Origin: Phoronis australis
Taxonomy: Eukaryota > Animalia > Phoronida
DNA length: 64,000 nucleotides
NCBI GenBank assembly: GCA_002633005.1
Contig: NMRA01000003.1
Coordinates: 1,727,618-1,791,617, forward strand
Reading direction: 5' to 3'
Each line of letters opens with the position of its first letter. Position 1 is the first letter of the stretch. This document shows positions 1 through 10,592 of this stretch, one piece after another. Below the pieces are notes generated by a model. It did no database searches, had not been told where the DNA came from, and saw only the letters and a program-made list of their open reading frames with translations. Made by a program: the position numbers and the translations under genes.

Positions 1-1108
1 AAAATTTTGTGTTCACGCATGCCTCAGTTGTTCGACCGATTTGGTTTACTTCTTGAACAAATGTCACGAGGAAATTATTTATTACTCGATATTTGCACAG
101 ATTGAAATCAACTTAAGTGTGAATTTGGCTAAACATGTCAAAGTGGCGTAGACCAGAGTTCAAAATAAATGTGATATAACAATGAGTAGAAGTTGTTACT
201 GTGGTCCAGTATCATACACCTAAGAGATATAGGTAGGATCTTGTGGCGACAAATAAATTGTCAATTGATTGTTCTTTAACAAAACTGCATTTCTTATTAT
301 ATAACACCTGTCTGAATGTGTTGAAGAGCTCCTGGAGCAAGACCCACCTTCTCTTGTTGTGCAACTGCTAGAATTAAACATGTTTTGCAGCAGGTATTTT
401 GAAAAAACATGGTGATTGCCTATAACCTACATGACCAAGTGTGTAGTGGAAAAAAATCTAGTCGGTTTCACACGAATACCTGCGACAATATAATATGCGA
501 ATTTGTCTGTCATTTAACTAAACAAGCCAATTGAAAAATCATGAACACGTTACATTCTGCAGAACACAGTACATAAAACAATGTGAAACTGAAAAAATCC
601 ATTTATTATATACATTTTGCTACACTTGTTTATCGGACTACATTTACAACTTCAGGTTAACTGTCGCAGTCATGGCATAAAAAAAAAGATTGCCCGTCAA
701 AATATCCAACAAGTGACGTTAAACTTGTATAACGCCTACTAGAGTAGCCCATCAATACAAATGAAATAGTTGGCTAGGCATCATCAACGGAGTATTCAAT
801 GTATGTTGCTTTAATAATGTTTCTCTGTTGATGACGTCACTCACTTGGTTCAATTAATGAATTATTTGTCTATTCCAGCACAGTGCAAGGTACAATTTAA
901 AAGTGTCTATTTCATGTTCAGACTTAATTAAAAACAAAAATGTAAAAAAGTAAGTCTGCTGGATTTTCATAAGAGTACGCAAAGCACTCGACATACCGGT
1001 ACACTTTTTACATTTGAAGCTATCGTGGTTATACTTTAATTGTTCAACACACTTTTCTTCAGACCATTCACAAACTAATTACAATAAATAATAATCTAAA
1101 AGTCCTCC

Positions 1109-4100
1109 TCATTTACTGATTGTATACAGAAATTCATCCTTGGGGTTTTCTACATCTTCCGGACGCCTCACTGAAAACAACAGGTAAAAGAAGTGAGAAA
1201 CTGAAAGAGTACGGTAAACTCCAGAAAGAGATCCACTAATTAGAGGCCACATTTCTTAACAAAACAATAAATATCAGGTGCTCAAAATAAAACAAAGTTT
1301 TACAAAAAATTACAAATTCAAAGAAATATTCTACAGTTAAATTTTCCAAAAATATGAACCGTGGCAAAAACAGCAGTTTAATTCTTTCATAAGATCAACT
1401 CTTCACAAAAGTTTGCACATGTAGGTTTCATTAATTGGGATATACATAACAAATAAAAATTTGCATGCATTGTTAATCAACGACTACAACCATTCTTTTT
1501 TCAAATGGAATTCTCAAGGACAATTTTACATCACAGTGCAGTAATGAGTACAAAGAAATAATAACCAATATTGTATTGATATAACTTTTAGCATCAAACG
1601 AGATGACTTGGTGCAAATTCATTCCCTGGCAGTTGCTATTCATAGCACCTTCACAAAATGTACCCATGGACGTTACATACTACTAGATCAGTGTGCAGTC
1701 AAGTTTACATACTACTAGATCAGTGTGCAGTCAGGTTTACAATGGCCAATGTGTATTGAATGTAATCAGCTACTTTCATCACAAAGATCTGTTTTCTTAA
1801 ATATTTGTTTACATGTTATCTGTAAATTTTCAAAATCCTTTGATCACAGAATCTTAAAATGTTTACCAAAATATTGCCCAGATATTCATTACCACAGATT
1901 TAATACTAAAAATCAAGATTTTTAATGGAAATTGCAGTTATTTCCAAAAACATGATTGTTTGCGTGGAATTAGCAACAACACTGAGGATTTTCTTTTAAG
2001 GCCTTATAGCCAGAGAACTCCCCTGTCAAAAATGAACAAGTCAACATTCCTTGAAAAAATCTTGATTTTTGATGGTTGCACTCTAGAGTAAAATGTCTTT
2101 AAAATAAAATCTCAAACATACTTATTGTACTTAACAGAATAAAGAAAACAAATTTGCAACTCATGTTTGAGAAAAATACGGTGGAAATTTAAAAATAAGC
2201 CAACTAGCCATTTCTGATATCTGATGCTCCGTAGTAAGCCAAATTTAAATATTTTGTAAAGATCCAACAGAAAACTTAAAGGAACATTGTCGGCAATATT
2301 TTTCAAAAATGAGCACCAGCCCGGATTCGAACCCTCTAGGTCCCTAGTAGCAGCCAAATGCTCTGGCACTGAGCCAAATTTGACAAAGTAAATAACTGAG
2401 TATTTAAGAGTATTTACATGAAAACAACATCGGCACGATTTCAGCGAATGTCTGTCAGACAATGGTGTGAATTGGCGCTTTGTAATACAAGAGCAACGCG
2501 GAGCGTTGAAATGCGCCCACAAATGCATTGCAAATGTTGTGCATTTAGGGTTGCTTATTTGTATCATAAAATGGGCACTAGATTGAGCAAAAACATACAA
2601 TCCGTCCGAAAATGGGAACATGTCATTGCTTCTTTAATAGAAAGCTATACACCAAATTCCAAATTTCATAGAAATCCGCCAAGGAACTTCAGAGAAACAA
2701 AGGAAAACAGAATAAAATGAAATTGCCATTAGGGGCACAATGTTCATTGGATCTGGCTGAAAGTTGTCATTGTCTGTTGTTCACTTCATATAAATACACT
2801 TACTAAATTTAATAAAGATGCTCCAGTGGGTTTAGGAGATACAGCTATAGGCGCAAAACAGAACAAAACTACCAGTAGAGTAGAGTAGTCAAAGTCGTCA
2901 TCATCAACCGTCCTCTTCACACTGAGAATATATATGCCAATTTTCAAAACCATCCTTAGAATTATTTGGTTGATACAGAGGTAGACGCCAAAAAAACAGA
3001 CTCGAAAACACCAAAAATGGTGCAAATTACCTTGATTCTATCCAAAAACGGGAGGATAGCGTCATCTCATCAATAGATGCCCGTATTCAAATTTTTTTGA
3101 AAATCTGTTGAGGACCCTTGAAGATACAGAGGTAAACGTAAAACTTAAATTGCCACCAGGGGGCATACCAGTACTCAGATCCATCCCAAAATCATTGTCC
3201 TTCGTTGTCAACATTTAAATACACTTCTTAAATTTAGTAAAGATCCTACAGAGATACAGCTATGGGCGCAAAAAAGAAACAGCCACTAGGAGGGGCCACA
3301 GTAGTCAAAGTCATCGGAAAATCATCGTCAGCCGTCCACTTCATAGTAAAAACATATATGCCAATTTTCACAATTATCCTGAAAGCGGTTTGGTTGATAG
3401 AGGAGTGGACGCCAAAAAACAGACTCAAAAACAGTAAAAATGGCCACTAGGTAGCACAAACTACGTCGAATCCATCTGAAAATGGAAAGATAGCGTCACC
3501 TCACTAACAGAAGCCAGTATGCCAAATTTTATGAAAATACGTTGAGGACCTTTGAAGATACAGAGAAAAAAATTAAATTGCCACTAGGTGGCACACCAGT
3601 AGTCCGATCTCACCGAAAGTTGTCGTCGTCCATTGTAAACATCATATAAATGCACTAACTAAATTTAGTAAAGATGCTGCAAAAGGGTTTAGGAGATAAA
3701 GCCCTAGGCGCAAAAAACAAAACTGCCACTACGAGGCGCCACAGTAGTTGAACCGTCCTCTTCGTAGTAAGAACATACATGTCAATTTTCACAATCATGC
3801 TCAGAACAGTTTGTTTGATAGAGGGGTGGACGTCAAAAAACAGACTCGAAAATAGTAAAGATGGCCACTAGGTGGCGCAAACTACATCGAATCCATCTGA
3901 AAACGGGAGGATGTCGTCGTTTCACTAATCGATGCCTATACCAAATTTCATGAAAATAACATGAGGACCTTTGAAGATACAGAGGTAACGTAAAAAACTA
4001 AAATTGCCACCAGGGGGCACACCGGTAGTCAGACACATCTGAAAGTTCGCTCATGATGTCCTATCCATGTAAGGAACACATATAAATATGTGGGCGCATA

Positions 4101-7100
4101 AAAATCACAAAAACAAAACAAATTTTGTTGTTTTACAGCTCTGATCTAAGCTAACGACTTCAAGACGTCATAACAATAACCAAAACCACTAACAATAATC
4201 AAAAATGAGTTTTTTGATGGAAAACCAATAATTTGCGTTGCCATTAATTGCAAAAGCAGTTAGGTTCGTGGCTTTAGTGTTTGTTGATCACTGTGAGAAA
4301 CCTTAATTGGTGTTCTATTCAGCNNNNNNCCCCCCCCCCCCGCCATTCTATACAACTGTGTTTTGGTATTTCCTCCTTTGTTCTCGTTGTTACTCAATAT
4401 GACAGGAAAAAGTACGGCAGCACTTAATAGGATTAAGTGATCTACCATGTCAAACTCTGATTACACAAATACATGTAACAATGTTACGGCAGTATTATAT
4501 CATTAAACGAGAGCAATGCACAGTGTTGAACTATGCTTATAACTGCACCGCAAATGATATGCTTCTTGGAAACATATATCAAATTTCATCAAGACTAATC
4601 AAAGAAATACACTTGGTACATATATTAAGGCACACGCAAAAAATAAAATTTTCCACCAAGGAGCACCACAGTAGTTCGACTCGACCAAAAGACAAAGCCA
4701 TACTCATCTCAATGGCATCACAGCTCTGAGAGTCTTTAATGACTTTGTGGATAGAGAAGCAAACGCCAAAAAAACAAATGCAGCAATGATAAAAATGGCA
4801 ACGAGGGGTTGCAGTTTATGTAGAATCCATGAGCCCTCCAAAAATCAGAAGGTGTCACCATCCCTTAAATCAAATGGCCTTTGCTAAATTTTACGTAAAT
4901 CCGTTGAGGAACTCGTTAGATATAAACTAAGGTCGATATGAAAAAACAAATTCTTTTAAGGGGTACAGCGGTAGTCAAATCTGACCAGAAATTCAGTCAT
5001 GCCATATCATCAATCATAGCAACACGTCTGCAACATTTGATGAATACCCATCAGTAGACACCAGTAAAAAAAGATGGCGGCATTGTGCATAAAAACAAAG
5101 GTCATTTCCCAACTTTTGATTTAGCTTAAAATGAGAAAGAAGCCTGACAACATACCGATGTAATGGTGTCGATAGCGGAACATTTCTCCTGAATCAAAAT
5201 GAGTCTGTCTCCAGTAGACACCGTAAGCACCAATAGCAAGTCCTAGTAAACAAAGAGGAATAGATTTGGAAAATAACATTGTCATCATCAATGGTGAACT
5301 CAGAAGCCATCAAATTATTGAAACTCAGCAAGGTACAATGGACATGTAGTATGCATATCTCAATTGTAGTTGACAAAAATTTGTTATTAGATTTAAAATT
5401 CCTTTCATCACGAAAAGGTAAAATGGTAAAATATCTTTCGATCACTTGTTTTCTGGTTTTTGTAACTATAGCCAATTGCAGGGTACAAGACTAGAGATTA
5501 GACCTTTTTACTTAGTCTTGTAGTACCTCATGGTGCACAAGACACCAAACCTCAATCGCTACTAAATAAACACATTCAAGTTGTCCAATAATTCTGTACC
5601 TACCAGTGACACCTAGACAACAGGAGACCATCACATCAGGAATCTCATGCCAGCCTTGTTTCCACAGCTGGGACACTGAAACCAAGAACTAATTGAAAGA
5701 GAACACTGAACTAAATACTCAGAAACTTGTTACTAGAATATAATAATCCGTAAAACTATCTGCATGATAACTGACATCTTAGCATCATGTGGTCACAAAT
5801 TAAATTAATTAAAATATTCTTTGAGAGTGACTGGTGAGCATATAAGTGTAGTTATTCCAAGCAATCTAAGATTGTGGTTTGGTGTGACGGAGTTTTCACA
5901 AGAATATACGCTTGAAGCTTGTTGCACTGAGAATTACCTGAATGAAAATACTTGTGGTAGTTGGTAATGCGTTATTAATACAAGGCACACTAGAACAGTA
6001 TGTGTGAAGAGTGAAGTTATAGAGGTGCTGCTGTTGCAGAACATTATCAAAGTGGTATCAAAAGTAACAGACAATTATTTATATTGGTCAACCATTATGA
6101 GGCCTTGTACGGAGGGAAGGTCTTCGTTCACGTCATTTTGACGAGTTAGAAAAGATTGTACTCCACTAGCCCCTGCAAACAACTACTCGACTCCAGAACC
6201 AAGATAGCTTATCTCGATCTTCAGAGCATAGAACCTCAGTGGTGTGGCACTAAGCCTGCGAATGGTGCCAAGGCCACATATTCCCCATTTCATTTTTTAC
6301 AGCTTAAGGAAAAATATGGTAAGTCTTCTGTTAGAATGCAAATGAATCAACCACGTTTTGCAGTCGGCCACAGAAGTGTTAATTTACACCCAATTTAAAA
6401 ATACCTCTTCTACCTAGTAAGTTGTCTGTTCATGGTGGCAGTCCTATCAAAAATGAGCATAGAGTGCAAATATTAATTTTCATAGTCTTGAGAATGCATA
6501 GTTAATTTACATTTACACAAAAATTTCAGTCATCAATTAATTTACTTACGTATGTATATTTTGAAGTGTAAGCGGGCCTTTAAATGCAATAAGGTTGCGT
6601 TCCGTCTAAGAAACGAAATTTTGATTTATAGCGTGGACAGCTATTAAATTGGTCCAGCTTTTTCCTTACTCATACAAGAAGTAATATTTTGTAAAGAATT
6701 GACACTTCGTTATTCCTCTTGACCGTGCTCAACAAAGAAAATGACACCGAGATAAGTCAACTTGGGGAACCTGGTCTCAAACAATAACAAAACATCAGTT
6801 TTATAACAGTAAGTGATTTGAATTGGAAATTCTTTTTTGGACAAAAGGATGAATTTATGGCCCCTTTAAATGTCTCTAGGCAATGAACTCACTGACACTT
6901 AAGAGTTTGAGCAAGACCTCTTTCCAAAGCAACATATCTTAAATTATTTATACAGTTTTGTGTCGAGGCTAACCCAGGGCTTCATCTAGGATTTCGAACA
7001 TAGGGTGTCCAAAATGGGGTTCCTAATATTCCAGGGCGTCCATGATTCCAACGCCGCATTACCCCCCCCCNTTATATTCTGTACAATGAGTCATCAAAGC

Positions 7101-10100
7101 TACAGTTACCAACAAAAGAAAAATGCACAGATGATGTTGGTTTATATTTTGACAACAGGTGTCACTGCTGCTCCATTTTAGACGCACATAGAAAAGCATG
7201 AAACAGGCGAAAACTCAAACATTTTAAATGGGGATATTCTTGCGGCTCATCATATTATTAAAATAATGACATTTGTTTTGCTTTTGGTATTTTCAAAAAA
7301 AGATGAAGTACATGAAATTACAGCTCTGAAACACCAGTTTGGAGTTAAGCAAGGTCCATGTCCCTATACAAAGTACAGAATGGCAGTGACATGTGAATCT
7401 ATTGAAAGCAGACACTCTGGCAACCAACCACGTGCTAATGATTGACAGGTCTACCAAATAGTTTGAATATTGCAACATTTTAAATACTTTGTATATTTCT
7501 TTCTGAGTTGAAAGGGCCAACTTCCCGCTTTGATTAACTGGGAGTCTTAGTAATCTTTCAATGTGGGTGTCCAAACTGGAGAAATTCTGATTGACAGGGC
7601 GTCCAAATGATACATTGGGCGTCCTTACCAGGGCGTCTACATTAGTGCTAGGGCGTCCAAATGGACGCCCAGGACGTACGCTGCATGAAGGCCTGGGCTA
7701 ACCCTTCGTTAGGCGGTGGCACATCCCAATGACCTCATATGCCATGTACGCTGAGAGATTTTCTGCAAATTACACATCACCCTGACTCAACCACCAAAGT
7801 CATGTCACTGTAAGTACCGTTTGAGCATAGAGGAACGTCTCAGGAAACCGTTGATGTTTTTGAATCCTCAAAACTCAAACAAATACTTTGGGTATCAAGA
7901 TTCCTTTCAAGTATCTCACTTCCACCAACAAAAGAATCTTGAACTAGCCATTTTAGTTGTGATTGCAATCCCACGCATGTCTTGTGTCAGCTATCGAAAT
8001 TTTTTAATCTCATCACAGAAGACCTTATGACCTTGGAAGTAAAAAGCTTACTGTAAGCTAATCGTCAATGGCCTATACTGGATCGGTAGTGTTGGAATTG
8101 GGAACTTGGCTACCAGCTTTACTACTCTTATACCTCTGCTGCAAAATGGCAATGTTGACCAATGACAGTGTCATAGACGTATAAAGAAAAAATCTTGGTA
8201 AAAGTGGAGTAAACGGGCCCCTATTGAAAATGGCTGCCGGGAACCAGTTTTTACTGATTAATGGCAATGTCCGTTAATCAGTGAAAACTGATTCCTGGTG
8301 GTCATTTTGAAGAGGGACCAGTGTAGTGAGACGTTATTTCACTTGTCTCAATGCTGTGCTAGCCTTCTGCAGCGCACGCCCTCTGTCGGCATCGAAGGAC
8401 AACTGTTGTTCGTCTTGGAGACTGCCGACGTTGGCTGCTCCAGCCCATATGCTGGTGATGGCCAATAAGGGTGCAATATGAATATTCAGTGGCCCTTCTG
8501 CGGCCACTACACGTGCTGGGGTGAGGAGCGGGATTCGATAATCAGACCGCACACCAACCAGACGTATTCAGCTCAGACCACAGATAACCCAACGCCAGAA
8601 ATTTGTAACATTCTTGATCCGCTAGGAGACACTTAGCGCCATGTCCCTAACCAATCATAACAACGCACAGTAAGGTTAAAGGTCAAGAAGCTTGGGCGCT
8701 AGCACTGTGAACCCGAAGTCAGTATGTATAGTCTGCAGAGCAATACTTGTCAAGTTTACAATAACAGTATTTGGAATTTCTGGAATTCTAGTCTACAGTA
8801 CGACAGTGCTGGCTGGGTCACCGGGTCACAGTTCTCTGTTAACTTGTACACATACCCACAACATAAGTGAACTGAACGCCAGCCAGCCGCGTGTGCTAGC
8901 ATTGGCTAAAGCGGACTGCCAAAGCGCTTTTTATTAATCTCCAGATGTTTACCAATACATATTTGTGTCCGGAATCCACTCCAATGCAACAGTGTTGAAG
9001 TAAGACGAAGGGCAACGTACTGAGGATCACAAAAAAACGAAACAACATTTTGAAGATAACTTGTATCAACTACTCACAGGCGAAACTTAGTTGCATAAAA
9101 CTGTATAAAATCTGACTTTTTTCAAAATTCGAAAGTATTTCTAAACTCATACCGGATGAAAAAATGAACATAACAGTCTCTTACCGATTCTGAGCTAATC
9201 TCTCATCTACAGAGTGCAAATTTCAATGCAAGACAGCCAGGCGATCGGCAACATTTCATCTCACAGCACTGTACGTGGATCCATTTTCTGAACACAAGAG
9301 ACGTGGAAAATTTTTCAAAAAACAGCATGAAATTTGGATCAGCAACCTCTGAGTACTCCTGGTAGTCACCTAGGCTATCGGCAAATCCGATGGCAAAATG
9401 AATTCAGCCACAAACTTGACTTCAAAATGAGCTATGCGCTCAAATATTGGCTTCCAGACGATCGTTAACATAGTCCTGAACGGGGCAAACTTCAAACTTC
9501 AAGAGACATGGAAAAATTTTCACCAATGATGCTGATATTTAGTAGTAACAAGTCTTACCATACACTCTATGCGACAGGCTATCGGCAAATTGTATAGTTA
9601 TATCCCCTCACTTATAAATTCCAGATTATACACTGTTCCTGTGTATTTCTTACGGAGGTCTGCTAGCAAAATTTAGCGCATGCGCAGTAGTGCATGTTAC
9701 AAAATTCTAGCATTGCAGAAAATAACGTAAAATTGCGTGAGGACTTGACGGGGACCTCAGGGATCTCACACTCCACTGATTTATCCACATTATTTTGAAA
9801 ACGCTTTGCCCAGTCACACATTGTGTGTCATAAAAGAGATAAGCATACCAGCAGCTGATGCAGCAAGTAGAACTACTCTCGTTCATCACATTAGTGTAGA
9901 CTCACAGTTGAACTGTGGTTTTCTGTAGACCCCAGACCGTCCTGAGTTGCACCATATACCAACTCTGGACGGTCTCTCACGATGATTAAGCGTTATGATG
10001 TAAGGTAAGATGGCACTAGTGGGATATAGCGGCCCCTGATTTTGAGAACCAGTTTCATCCACTGAATAACAGGCCTGTTATTCAGTGATATGTCTCTTTA

Positions 10101-10395
10101 CTTGAAAGGTACTTATAGCTACGTGACTTGGATGGTTTGACAGTGTTAGGACTGTGTCTGTGTGCGACTTGTGACTGTGCCCGAGCTGTGGCAAGCCACA
10201 AGTGTGTAATTTGTATCCGACGTACAGAGGGTTTATGGCGTGGATACTGTCTCTGAGCATGCTGAGATATTTTCAACCGAACCAGCTTCATTTCTCCTAA
10301 ATTCAACATGTAATACAAAAACAGATCACTATCTAAATGTGTAAAATAACATTGGCCGTAATCTTACAGGTTCTCCTTCCAGCTTGCGACGCCAT
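1109..10395 (-). CDS. NDUFA3: NADH dehydrogenase 1 alpha subcomplex subunit 3-like (invertebrate type), 82 aa, 4 exons
   Basis: Exons 10395-10368, 5675-5604, 5242-5156 and 1170-1109, all GT-AG with matching phase 1, give MASQAGRRTLSQLWKQGWHEIPDVMVSCCLGVTGLAIGAYGVYWRQTHFDSGEMFRYRHHYIVRRPEDVENPKDEFLYTISK*. The WxEIPD motif, single TM helix and RYxxxYxVxRxxD motif resemble my recollection of the Drosophila NDUFA3 orthologue CG9034. The gene model is strong; the name is less certain. Confidence 0.75.
1673..1740. repeat. Two-copy 32-bp tandem repeat
   Basis: ttacatactactagatcagtgtgcagtca(a/g)gt repeated twice. Confidence 0.85.
2487..4104 (-). mobile_element. Non-autonomous Helentron/DINE-1-like element (family A) with internal ~140-bp satellite
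   Basis: Terminal hairpin CAACGC-ggag-CGTTG next to ACAAGAG at 2487-2508. Subterminal inverted repeats ATGCGCCCAC (2511-2520) and GTGGGCGCAT (4090-4099). Internal tandem units share the GCCACYAGGKGGCRC motif. Confidence 0.7.
4505..5095 (-). mobile_element. Degraded family-A Helentron-like element
   Basis: Starts aacgagagcaatgcacagtgttga like the family-A terminus and continues with degenerate satellite units. Confidence 0.5.
6975..7695. mobile_element. hAT-type MITE
   Basis: 11-bp TIRs CAGGGCTTCAT / ATGAAGGCCTG (10/11 match). Perfect 8-bp TSD GGCTAACC at 6967-6974 and 7696-7703. Subterminal GGGCGTCC repeats. A related copy lies at 51883-52374. Confidence 0.85.
8690..8935. repeat. Fragment of family-B Helentron-like repeat
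   Basis: Similar to 17220-17380 and, inverted, to 62310-62470 (gtctacagtacgacagtgct...aagtgaactgaa.gccagcca). Confidence 0.65.
10014..10090. mobile_element. Palindromic MITE family C fragment (GGATATAG...GAGAACCAG...CTGAATAAC)
   Basis: Related copies at 8225-8300, 10910-11120, 25935-26050, 51129-52526 (termini) and 54300-54372. Confidence 0.65.
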
Positions 10396-10592
10396 TTTCA
10401 GAAATACGCGCCTGAATTATTATAAATTCGACCAAAAAAAATCATTCAGCAATTTAAAACATTGTTGTCGCGATCAAGTCTGAGTGGTAACAAAGTGAAA
10501 AAATATACACTTTTTTGTGTTTAATCATAATGGATATCAAAAACCCATAGCTACCGTTAAAATAGTCGATACCATATTCATTGAAATCCAAT
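10396..10592. promoter_or_regulatory. Bidirectional promoter NDUFA3-like / GFER
   Basis: Only 197 bp separate the divergent ATGs. A YY1-type CGCCATTTT overlaps the NDUFA3-like start codon (10390-10398). Confidence 0.65.

Noticed and set aside
2112-2720. 169-aa and 100-aa ORFs
   Set aside because: No recognisable domain; they lie in an intron and overlap repeat termini.
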